Shown: piece by piece, positions 10,300-21,471 of the stretch
Numbering within the stretch: the stretch's first letter is position 1
Layout: every line of letters begins with the position of its first letter
Origin: Chiloscyllium plagiosum
Taxonomy: Eukaryota
NCBI RefSeq assembly: GCF_004010195.1
Contig: NC_057718.1
Coordinates: 37,567,650 to 37,597,008 of the forward strand
DNA length: 29,359 nt
Direction of reading: 5' to 3'
Position numbers and translations under genes: made by a program
The notes under the pieces: model-generated
Databases searched by the model: none
What the model was told of the DNA's origin: nothing
Seen by the model: the letters and a program-made list of their open reading frames with translations, nothing else

Positions 10300-11290
10300 C
10301 TGATGTAACAGGATTGAAGAGGTTAGATCTAAACCATTTGTTGTGGGTTTCTTAAGTTTTAAATTGTTTGGCATTCAAGTAGTCCATTATTGTAGCTTCA
10401 CCAACTTGACACGACATTGTAGATATGCGTGATGTTCTCCTGGCATGCCCTCCTGCCCTCTCTATTGAACAAGAGTTGATCTCCTGAATTCGTCATAATG
10501 ATTGCATGGATATAAATGCCAGGCATGAGATTGCAGATTGTCACTTTCAGCTACCTCCAATTCCTGTTTAACATGAAGGAATACTGATTTGTCAATCGAA
10601 GTCGGGGGATGTTGAGGAATGGCACATAGTAATCAGGTTTCCCAGCCCACATTTGACCTGATCCGATCATATTCCATGGGGTTTGGAATCAACATCGAGG
10701 ACTCCTTCCCAACTGTATAGCACTGGACAGAGATGGTGATGCTGGCAGCAGAGACATTCTGATTCTGTGAGTATAGTTATGTCAGGCTATTGCTTGACTA
10801 AGAGACAGTTGTCCCAATTTTGACACTCTCTGCCAGCTTTTGGTAAAGAGGACTTTGCAGAATTGACATGCCTGAGTTTGCCATCATCATTTCTAGTGCC
10901 TAGCTTGATGCCAGGTGATCTACCGGTTTCATTTCTTTGATACTTTCTAATGGCTGTTATACTTAATTGGCCTTCTAGGAAATTTTAGTGCAGTTAAGAA
11001 CTAACCCTATTGCTTCAGGTCTAGAGTCACATGCAAACTAGACCAGAGATAAGGAGGGTAGATTTCCTTCCCGAAAGGAAGGATATGTCTCTAAAGGACA
11101 TTGATGAACTAGATGGGTTTTTATGACAATCAGCAATGGCTTTATTACCATGTTTAGGCGTTTCATTTCAAATTCATTTTTGATTGAATTCAAATTCCAC
11201 CATCTGCTGTGTTGGCAGCCAAGCCTGAGTGTCTGAGCATAACTTGAGTTTCTACATTATCAGTCCACTGACAATACAACAAACCCTTCT
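10300..11290 (-). mobile_element. 5' part of an old CR1-group LINE: tRNA/SINE-like head (~10960-11290) followed by decayed APE region
   Basis: 10960-11290 is the reverse complement of the SINE-like body at 16081-16383 and 19845-20210. Downstream on the minus strand is KVLFTKS..SKLGQLSL-VKQ*PDITILTES (APE N-terminus, ~10760-10860). Confidence 0.65.
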
Positions 11291-13344
11291 GTGCAACTCA
11301 CATTAGGAGAGATGTAAAGGCTTTGTAAAGACTTACATGTGTGGTTCCAAGGATGTCTCAGTACAGTTACATGCATAGGCACGTGCCTACCAACTTCTAA
11401 AATTACTGGGACCAAGTCCCAGAAAATCAGAATGGACCTTCAAACCATTTCAGCTCGCCCAACCCCATGGCTACCTATCATCTACTTCCGGGTCAGTGGG
11501 CTTGACTGTCTTACCCCTTCCATTCTAAAGCAAAAATTTATATCAAACGGAGCCCTTTAACCTGAGACAGGTCTGCCAGTCACAGAAATTCATAACCTGA
11601 GTTATCTGTCTCGATAGTGAAAATTCAGCTCTTGATTTCTTTCCCAAAATTACAACAATCTGTTCAAAATCACAAGCTTCCCAAAGGTTCCTACATAATG
11701 AAAACAAACAGCTTACAAATTGTCCACTTACTCCTGAATATCTCTGAGGCCTCACAGCTCAAGTAAATAAATGATGGTCGGAGTTCAACAAAGGATAAAA
11801 TACTAACAATCTAATCGATGGCAATGACACAATATTACACATATGACCACTACTTGTATCTTGTGGCATCTGACACCTATGCCAGTATGTGGTACAGAAT
11901 AAGGATTTTTTGAGGCAGTTCACTGCCACCAATCCTCTTTTGCCTGTACTTTGTCTAGGGTCTGTCTAATGACCAGGGGTAGAGGATACGCCACCATCGA
12001 GTCTTTTCTGAAGAGGCATTTGCGTTAGTTAACAAGATGTTTATTGCATGATAACAATCAGTACAATTACATTATTACTCAGGCATAAGTACCAAGACTC
12101 TCAGAAGCTCTCAGTAAATACATGCTCCCAATGAAAGCTAGTTTCCTTGTCTCTACCCACAGACTGAATGTGACAATAGTAGAATAGGTGTAGCCAAAGT
12201 AACCTGAACATTATCCTCTTCAGAACAAATTATCGTATATAATAAATGACAGATACCAACAAAGTAAGCAACCGAGTCATCTGTATCACTTCCCAATTCA
12301 GCAATGCTGCTTCAGTGCGTAATTCAAACAAGAATCTGTTAAACACCCAAATAAACAAATAGTAATGGAATGATTTTTGATATTCACAGTAACATTCTAA
12401 CAGAACATTTCAGATCATCAAAAGAATTAATAATTAACAACTAGCTATAAAAATAATCCTTTAAAATGTTTGAATTAAATCAGTTCCATTTACATCACTG
12501 TGGGCAATATCATTTAAGTTTCAACTAGCTGTTGATGTTTTTAATTAAGTCTTTGAAAAGCTTCAAGTCATGTTTTCTATTTTCAAATTATGATAATTTT
12601 ATTGCTATTAAGTAAGTCTAAACAGAAGATTTATCTCAGCCATTTACTCATTTCAACTCTTAAGCTTGTTTGCCCTAGGGCTGGTGATTTAGGACATGTC
12701 AGTATGCTGTAGCCCACATGTGCCTGTAAAGCACGTTGAGTACAAACATATGCTCACTTTTTTTTTACTCCTAGACACTTTAGAAAGCTCAATTCTTTAA
12801 TCCTCAAAATAGAAGCAAAACTTTCTTGACAGGGTTGTGCAGTTAATAGAATCTGTTGCATCTACTGAGTGCCAGCAAACTATAAGTAGCAAAAACGAAC
12901 AAAATACTATAGTTTCTAAACATTTGCCCTGAATATACTATTATATCAATATTCAGCCAACAAATTTAATAGATAATCACTTGATCCTTCTGTGGCATTT
13001 CTCATGAGTTGACTGGTATCTGCAGTCAGCTAACTGGGCTCAACACTCTCTTTGCTCCAGAGTTAGAGAGTCCTCATTAATTAGATTAACACTTTTGTGA
13101 TGATACGAGCTCACTGAACAGAGGCAGCCTTAATCGGTAAATCAAGCTATTTTAAAGTGAATATAAACTGCTGAGGTGCAGCAGAAGCCAGTATTGAATA
13201 CATTCAACTGCAGGTCAATAATTGGCAGTCTATCTCAATTGTATTTTCAAACATTGCTCCAGGGACATTGCAAAAACATTTGAAAAAATGTTGTAATTTG
13301 TTTTAAATGCCTGTCTACACTGTTTTGATGCACCATTTAGTGAT

Positions 13345-13778
13345 AGATTCATAGAGTCAGAGAGCACAGAAACAGGCCCTTTGGCCCAACTCATCCATGC
13401 TGATCACATTTCCTAGACTGAACGAGTCTAATTTGCCTGTATTTGCCCTGTATCCCTCTAAACCTTTTCTACACATGTACCTGCTCAAATGTCTTTTAAA
13501 CATTGTAACTGTACCAGCCTCTAACACGTGCTCTGGCAGCTCGTTCCATATACAAGCTACCTTCTGTGTGAAAAGGTTACCCCTTAGATCTCTTTTAAAT
13601 CTTTCCCCTCTCACCTTAAACCTCTACCCTCCAGCTTTGGATTTCCCTACCTTGGGGAAAAGACCTTGGCAATTCACCTTATCTATGCCCCTCATCATTT
13701 TATAAACCTCCATGAGGTCACCCCTCAGCCTCCTATGCTTCAGGGAAAAATGTGTCAGCCTATCTAGCCTCACCTTAT
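13345..13778 (-). mobile_element. 5'-truncated CR1 LINE 3' end
   Basis: ORF 13357-13614 (RGERFKRDLRGNLFTQKVACIWNELPE) is homologous to 5471-5824; TCATAGAGTC tail. Confidence 0.92.
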
Positions 13779-14784
13779 ATGTTCCCAAGACTGGAAGGTT
13801 TGAGTCATATGTAATATGCTGCCAAGGTCAGGGATGGAGATTAGAACTGTCCTGCACTCCCACCAACTCTTATCCCCTCCCCCTCCAACCACAAACACCA
13901 CCAACTCCAAGAATATGCAGGGCCGGTATTTTCCATCATAATAAAAATGACTTTCAGATGTAACTATCTGAGTGTTCCTGAACGCAAAGAGGAGGTCTAG
14001 CTGGCAACCAGTTAAAATCAGGCATGGGTCTCACCTACTGACTTGCCCCCGAATTCCCATAGTTTGTAGTTTTAACCTTTTTTTTCCCCCAAGCAAGTGA
14101 GCAGAGCAACACCAGAACCCAGTGAGATAACTCTTCTTCTTCAAATTGGTCAATAAGATGCTGCTGCTTTGATCAGGCACTGATGACATTTTTAACCTTA
14201 AACCTGAATCCCATCTGATACAGCTAGCGGGAAAAAAGAGTCAGAGCTATGTGAGTTAAGTGTGTTCTTTTAAACTTGTCTTGCTGGACCAGAAGATCAG
14301 GAGTGCTTATCTGAGATACAGAAAGAAAATCTACGTATTCCCTGTCTCAGGCTTTCCCCAAACTAACCACACCAGGCTGCAAGGCCTCCAGCCTTTGCAA
14401 CTAAGTGGCGTACAGTGGAGCATCTCTTCACCAATTACCACATCTTTGTTTTTATTTTCTTTTGTGAAAAAATACCACTCTAGTGCCAATCCTCTCTGAG
14501 TCAACAGAATGTCTTCTTTTGGATCCATCCTAAAACCGTTGTTAGGAAGCTCCTGAACCTTCTTGATTGCCTCATGCACAACTTCTTCTGTTGGAGTTAA
14601 ATGCCACTCCTGACCAGTGCCCCTGCTGGCCTATCACATATGTCCCCATACTTCAATATATAGCCCCACACCCTCAATAAACAGTGATCCACCTCTGGGA
14701 CAATTGTCATGTACCAGACCAAGCCCCCTCAAATATATCAATGAGATAGCCTAAACCTTAATTCCTATCTTACTAAAAGGCAAG

Positions 14785-15357
14785 TGTAAGGTGCTGCAGT
14801 CCAGTTGTGATTTGATTGGTCAAACTTTTAAGCTTTAAGCAAAACATACTTTATTCTTACACCACAATTAAAATACAATCAAAAATGAATTAGAATGCCT
14901 TAAATCTTTTGAAATGCTTAACAAAATAATATCTGTTTTAACTACCACTCATCAACTGTTCCAAGATAGCAGCATCCTATCAACACACCCTTGGCAAAGG
15001 CAAATTCAGCAAATCAGATTTCCCTCACTTGGTATTTCCAGACCAGGAGAAAGGAAAAAGAATGAAAGAATGAATCTAGCAATGGAGGAAGAACTCAAGT
15101 TTTTTTGCTGCAGCAGCAGAGAGAGAGGACTGTATCTACAGCTGTACCCCAACTTCAACAAATGAAAGCAAAACCTAAAACCCTGAGTCTGTGTGAGCCT
15201 GGCTCCAACCATTCATGCTTCTATCGTCTATTTTTTTAAAAATCCAAAGCTATTTACTTTTCTTTCCATGGTGCAGACATCTCAGACTACATTTACAACA
15301 CATCTCTTCAAGAGAACGAGGACAGGCAAATCCCTCTTAAAGGCACATTTTGTTACA
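14785..15357 (-). mobile_element. Solo LTR (Gypsy-like), 573 bp
   Basis: Ends TGTAA...TTACA (perfect 5-bp inverted repeat), flanks CAAG/CAAT (3 of 4 TSD match), AATAAA on the minus strand at 14850-14855. Confidence 0.65.
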
Positions 15358-15374
15358 CAATTGTATGAATTAAA

Positions 15375-16655
15375 GTTTGGTTCATGGAGAGAAAACAGCG
15401 ATTGGGAATAATTGACATTTTAGAGTTGAGTTTCAATGATCTGTAATCTATGTTAATTATTTGAAGGAGAATACTGACAGTAATGTTTGCTGACAGTACT
15501 TTAGTGTTTGCTGACAATACAAGGGTAATGGGTAAGTTAACAGTGATGACAGTGCAGAGACTCAGGGGGATGCAGACAGAATGGATGAGTATCTATGAAC
15601 ATGATAGATGGAACATAATCTGTAAAAATGAGAAATTATTGATTTGGGGGGGAAATAAGATAAAAACAGAACATCTTTTGACTGGCAAGAGACTTTGAAA
15701 TGTGTGCATTCAGAAGAACCTGGAAGTACTTGAATATGAATCTCAGAAAATCAGCATGTAGGTACAACAAGTAATTAGGAAAGTAAGTGGTACGTTAGCT
15801 TTTATTACAAAGGGGTTGGAGTAGAAAAGTAAAGAAATCGTATTAATTTACACAGGGCATTGGTGTGGCCACACATGAAGCGCTGTGCACAATTTTTCCA
15901 AAGGAATGACTACCCTGGAGGGAGCACAACAAAGGTTCACTGGTTTCTGGTCTGAGGGGAATGTCTCAGAAAAATAAATTAAATAAACCGGGTCTTTGTT
16001 CTCAGCTGCTTGGAAGAATCTAATTAGAACGTATAAAATTCTTAAGGGCACAAGATTATAGATATTTAGAAAGTAAAAAGGGGAGGCAATGGCCTGTGGT
16101 CTTATCACTAAACTATTAATCCGGAGACCCAGGCTAGCTTTCTGGGTATGCAGGTTCAATTTGAATACAGTTAGCAAATATGGAATTAAGAGTTTAATGA
16201 TGACATTAAAACAATTCAGGGGAAAACCCCATCTGGCTCACTTATGTCCTTTAGGGAAGGAAACTATCATCCTTATCTGATCTGGCCTATATGTGACTCC
16301 AGACCCACAACATTGTGGCTGACTCTTAACTGCCCACTGGACAATAACTGCAGGCCTGGCCAGTAACACATACATTTTAAAGAAGCATTTCCCTAATCAG
16401 AGAATCTAGAATATGGAGTCACACTCTCAGAATAAAGGGTCAGTCATTTTGGACTGAGATGAGTCTGCATTCAAAAGATTGTAAATATGTGGTATTCTCT
16501 ATTCCAGAGATTAGTAATTGAGTATATTTACTAAAGAGGTTGATAAATGTTTAAAGAAATTAAGGAATACAGTGACAGTAATGGTGGGTCTGAGGCAAAA
16601 GAGTTCTGTGGTGGACAAGGCTTAAAGGGCCAAATGGCTTACCCAAGTTCCAATG
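15375..16655 (+). mobile_element. Degraded CR1 LINE (RT to 3'UTR), interrupted by a SINE
   Basis: WFMERKQRLG, FADS/FADN (21-bp local duplication at 15484/15505), LEGAQQRFT, YKILKG, SHTLRIKG, and tail AAGGGCCAAATGGCTTAC. Confidence 0.8.
16081..16383 (+). mobile_element. tRNA-like SINE (head of the old CR1-group LINE + LINE-type tail), nested in CR1
   Basis: A-box-like TGGCCTGTGG, B-box-like GGTTCAA, body CCCATCTGGCTCACTTATGTCCTTTAGGGAAGGAAA...TCTGGCCTATATGTGACTCCAGACCCACA shared with the 11.0 and 20.0 kb copies. CR1 coding sequence resumes after it. Confidence 0.8.
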
Positions 16656-17293
16656 CATAAGGTCTTCCAACTGGTGTCCATAGCTTGCTCAGCACGTACT
16701 CATGATTTCAGCAGCCTAGTTTCCTGGGGTTCCGTCACTATCGCCTTTAGGGTTTGACGCAAATATGAAGCCAAGATCAAATCTAAGGTTGGCTTTGTTT
16801 CCAATAAGTGAGACTAAAGCTTAGGAAACCTCTACTGCAGAACCTCGATCCCTCCTCTGCAACATAGGAGGAAACAATTCTCAGCAATAATTCATGGCTC
16901 TTATTCTTCTGTCTGCCAGATGGCAACATTATATATAATTATCTTGGCAATTGGGCTATAATAGAAAATTAATTTTCAATCACAATTGCAGTTGAAAGAT
17001 TTGCTGGTTATTATTAAATGCATTTTATTTCCTGTCATCATAGGTGGACTTTGACCTTGGTATTTGACAAGTAATGGGTCCCCCATGACTAGGAATTCAG
17101 GTGAGTGGGCCTGTAATTTAGGGCACCAAGCAATGCCTAACCTCCCTTGTCACTCCCACAGTTTTAGGGAAGTGTGGGGAGATGTCAGATGGGCCATACC
17201 CGTGATCCAACTGTGGACCTTAAGTTGGCAATTACCAGCAAATCATCTCACCATTTCCTTTCCTGAGCCTTTCCAGTGCCAATCAGAGAAATC

Positions 17294-17326
17294 CCCACCA
17301 CCACCACCCCTCCCACCAGCCACCAC
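17294..17326. repeat. Imperfect (CCA)n tract
   Basis: CCCACCACCACCACCCCTCCCACCAGCCACCAC read directly. Confidence 0.7.
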
Positions 17327-19844
17327 AGTTTTGTCCCTCTGGGTCCTGCACTCCCTCCACAATCCCACCCTGCCCAATCCCAGCAGTTACCACTGGTCCT
17401 AATGTGAAGCACAGTTGCTGGCCTGCAGTTGAAGGATCGCCTATGAGGTAGGACTTGATCCTGGAGGCAGACAGAAATCCTACTCTACATTTGTTAAACG
17501 GACATCACTCAAGAAAATAATGAGGCAGATAGCAAGTAAAAAACTTACTGCTTCGATTTTAACTTCCATACTTCCCAATTTTTGATAGACAGAGAAGGAA
17601 AAATGCCTTTGTGATTTTTTTTAACATTCGAAGTGCATTTAAATTAAAACATTTTTCTGAAATTGGCTTGGTTTCAGATTTGATGTGAAGTAACTCAATT
17701 TTGATCAATTTGTTTTTATGCTCATCCCCACAGGCGTTTGCTACTACTAGACCCTTGTTTACGATATACTTAAGTGTGCATAATGCTGACACAGACAGGA
17801 ATTTGAGCCATAAATGAAATGTATCAAAATGTACTTTAATTTGCCAAAAAATAAATATACCTTTGTCCCTAGCACCAGCACAAAAAATGTAATTTTGTTA
17901 CCATTTAGAAAGATTACAAATTTATTACTCCCCAGTGAATACATTGGGTTTGTATGAGTGCTGTGTTCCAAACAAAACATGGGGATTTAATGACCTAATT
18001 AAAATAACATGTACCGAAGCCCATTCACTCTCTGGCCTGGAATTGCCTGCGTAGGCGAATTCCAGAGGTTAGATCTGACAATGTTCTCATTCTCGTGCCC
18101 ATTTTCCGAATCTCAAGATGTATCACAATTCTCTGGCAAATTAATTAGAATACAATCAAATGTAAAACGAATGGAAATTAACATAAGCAATCAAACCCCA
18201 AGGAAAGTGACAGTACACACCATACAGTCCTTCTTTAAATGACAATTGAAACTGTAACTCATTTAACCATTGTCCACACAAGTTTAACATGTTTAAGAAC
18301 CTCCAACTGGGGCAGATTTTCATATGACTTATGGCATAAACATTCATTCAAGGAAACAGCAAATACGGAACAAGTCATAGTGAGAATAATGCGATAAAAT
18401 GCGATAAAACAGCAGAATATGGCTTTTTTCCTGCTGTCCCTGAAAATGTAATTGTAATTTGAAGAGGGCTTCTAAGTAAGCACAATTACAGGTAATTCAT
18501 ACACGAAGCTCTGTAACTTTGAGGTGAGTTTACCTTTATGGTTTGGACCAAAGAAGACGTGGGTGCACTGTAGTTATGCATGCAACCCATTTATGCCCAA
18601 AATTTGGCAATCATTGCACTCACATTACACATGTCTCAAGACATGCAAAAATGGAGGAAATCAAAGGCCTGATTAACAACTGCAATGCTGGAAAATGTCA
18701 CGTGCAGTGGATTGTGAACTACTGGGCAGGACTGCCAATCAAAACAAGTGCTTTTGCTCTTCAGAGGTCACATACGCGCAGACAGGTAATGGCAATCTTT
18801 GGGATCTCTGCTTCAGTTTTGTGAACTTGTTACCTTTAAAATAGAAGCACGATGATCAAAATAATTGTTGTTGAAGAAAATAATTTTCAAATATTTCAAC
18901 TGATAACCCTTTCCACTTTGGTCCTTTTGATACCTTTAGCCCTAGGAACTATATCTAGTTCCTTCCAGAAACCTCTTTCAGAAAAGAACCATTGTCAGTG
19001 CTGTTCTTTGCAATGGCAGCCTTGCATTGCCAACAATGCTGGTCTAAAGCCATCCTTTCACTGTGTGGGTTCCCAGACTATTTCAGAGGACAACGACATA
19101 GATACAGATCTGGATATATGGGTAGTTAGATTTCCTTTCAAAACGTTTTTGAACCAGATTTTTTTCTTGAAAATTAATTGTTGCTTTCAAGTCTCTGAGA
19201 TGCCTGATATTTTCCTGAAAACACTGGGGCTTTCTGCAGATAAAAACCTAATATGTAGGCTTCCCCAGATGGTATTTGGTGTGGCAATCCACTCAATAGA
19301 ATCTGTCAGCCAAGAAATGTGGCCTTTAAAAATAGGTTAAAAATAGATTTCATGCAGAAGTGCTTTCTAAATGATGCTCAGATTGCACAATGGTCCAGAC
19401 TTCCATTGTTTCTGCATTCCACCAGATATCCAAGCAAGTGATAGAATATTCTCCCCTAGAATGATCAAACATTCTTCACTGTATACATGCCGGCATTTCA
19501 GATTGCCCAGGGTGCTTCTGCCTGCACTGAGTTGTCACGCTTGCAAAAGAATAGCAATGCTTGACTGTGGTTCCACAGCAACAATAATAGAAGCTTTTAA
19601 TGAAAGGAAATTGGCTCCTTGGGCCAATCAAAGGTGCTTTATAAATTCAAGTTATTGTCTTGTTGTTGTTGTTCCAATCAGTGATGTAGAAAGGGAGGGC
19701 AGAATTTAATCCCCAAATGTGAACAAGATCCTGAATGATCTATTGGCATTTTACAGATGTTCTTTTGTTCAGAGGGTTATTGGAGGACATAAACTTCCTT
19801 TTCTCTGTTCAAAATCCTCAAACAATTGAACCCAGCATCAAACT

Positions 19845-20210
19845 GGGCCAATGGTAACCTAGTTGTATTGTCATTGGCCTAGTAATCCAGAGGCCTAGGT
19901 AAATGGTCTGGAGACATGGGTTTAAAGTCCATCTCGGCAGGCGGTGAAATTTGAATTCAAGTTTTAAAAATTAATCTGGAATTAATAAACTGGCCTGATC
20001 GTAACCATAAAACCACTGTCGATGTTCGTAAAAGTCCATCAGATTCACTAATGTCCTTTAAGGAAGAAAGTCTGCCATCCTTATTTGGTCTGGACTACAT
20101 ACACACAGCAGTGTAGTTAATTCTGAACTGTGCTCTGAGCAGTAAGGAACAGACAAGAAAAATTCTGGTCTAGCCAGTGACACCAACATCCCAAGAATGA
20201 GTTAGGAAAA
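19845..20210 (+). mobile_element. tRNA-like SINE, same family as 16081-16383
   Basis: TAGTAATCCAGAGGCCTAGG, GGGTTTAAAGTCC (B-box-like), TTCACTAATGTCCTTTAAGGAAGAAAG, tail CTGGTCTAGCCAGTGACACCAACATCCCAAGAATGA. Confidence 0.8.
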
Positions 20211-20434
20211 GTGAAACTTCACAGATGTCAACTCCCAAGTCCTCTAAAATCCTAAATCTCTAGTATCTCTAAGTTTCTAGCATGAACCATTGAACAATGA
20301 TAGTCTTGTAGTGGCTGGAAGAACCTAAACCAAGATAAATTGAGTTGTGCCCAAAATGCAGATCAATTTCTATGTCACTGCTGAGAACGAAGGAAGAACT
20401 TTATGGATTATGGACTCATAAGTCATGTATCTGC

Positions 20435-20620
20435 AGTTATGTGAGAGGAAAGAGATTTTAAAAAGACATGAAGCAAATGTTTTACACAGTGTGGGTTAAA
20501 CTTCCTCAGAAAGTGGTGAATGTGGGTATAATTACAATGTTTAAAAGACATTTGGATAGATACATGAATAGGAAAGGTTTGGAGGGATATGGACCAAGAG
20601 CAGGCAGGTGGGACTAGTTC
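20435..20620 (+). mobile_element. CR1 LINE 3' ORF2 fragment
   Basis: VGIITMFKRHLDRYMNRKGLEGYGPRAGRWD*, homologous to the 5471-5635 C-terminus. Confidence 0.88.
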
Positions 20621-21139
20621 ATCATTGTGTTCATCATTCGGCAGTATCCAACTGATGGGCATCCAGTTCACAAAATACTTTGATTTTGATCTTACTTTGT
20701 TAGGAAGTAACAATCCCAAACTTGTTTTTTTCTTAAATAGGGGCATAATTCACTTTTAAATATCGCCTTCGTTTGCATATTTTAGTTCGGTTCAGATTCC
20801 GGGAACATTGATGGGTGATCATACCCTGACAATTTACTTTTGCTTTCAGCCGCTCTTAGTAAAACTAACTCAGATTATAAACTCCGTCCGAAAAGTTTTT
20901 TCTTAGTTTCCAATCATTATCTTTCAGCAACTATTCTCTGCTACACCTCTGTTAATTCACTCCTTTGCTAATTGTTGATGTACAAAACTAAATATCAGTC
21001 TTATACTTAATATTAGATTGATTAGCAGACAACAACATTACAAAAATCCATCTTTCTCTGCCCTAGACCAAAGTGTCTCTTTATATTTGCTCAAGATAAT
21101 TAATCAATACCCTCCACCTGTACCAATAAAAGAAACTGC

Positions 21140-21335
21140 TCGAAGGGCACTGCTTGTCACTGGCCACTTGGGTGTTTCCTTTCTTCCTGGTAGCGGAAAA
21201 TGAATAAAGATTTATGCACCTTCTGTCTTTCGCTGTGTCTCACACCTGCACACACACAACATGGGTGCTGGGGAAAATATAACCACTACTGCAGTTAGGC
21301 GGTAGTGTGGGGGAAATAGAGAAATAAATACAAAC
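21140..21335 (+). mobile_element. Probable retroelement 3' end (possibly L1/Tx1-type) with terminal hairpin
   Basis: AATAAA (21203), (CA)n, 9-bp hairpin 21284-21307, then G5 and an A-rich end. I recall it as a dispersed shark repeat; family assignment is uncertain. Confidence 0.4.
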
Positions 21336-21367
21336 AGGGGAATCTCCTCAGTTTAGGGGATGACTCT

Positions 21368-21471
21368 GTAAAATAAAAGAAATTGCTGTAGAAACTCAAC
21401 AGGTCTAACATAGTATCTTTGAAGAGAAAATAGAGTTAATGCTTCAAATCCAGTGACCATTCTTCATAACC
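21368..21471 (-). mobile_element. Old Penelope-like terminal-repeat fragment with decayed hammerhead
   Basis: GAAATTGCTGTAGAAACTCAACAGGTC...AGAGTTAATGCTTCAAATCCAGTGACCATTCTTCATAAC aligns by eye with 23385-23450 and 29260-29341. Confidence 0.6.

Noticed and set aside
13090..13180. Box C/D snoRNA-like layout (GTGATGA 13097, CTGA 13114 and 13171, short CACT/GGTG stem)
   Set aside because: No C' box and only an 8-nt possible rRNA complement (TACGAGCT). RTGATGA...CTGA is frequent by chance in 29 kb.
11390..14700. Possible DNA-transposon TIR remnants (GAAAATTCAGCTC at ~11619, GGGCCGGTATTTT at ~13920; also ~17080-17500 and ~19696)
   Set aside because: No matching TIR pair or TSD could be delimited; too decayed to support a call by eye.
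17710..17830. Strong-looking splice acceptor (…CCCCACAG) as a coding exon; similar sites at 357 and 12773
   Set aside because: All three frames hit stops soon after each acceptor, with no good donor.
18852..19709. Longest non-repeat ORFs (162 aa and 112 aa)
   Set aside because: No domain resemblance, composition typical of random AT-rich ORFs, no convincing splice context.
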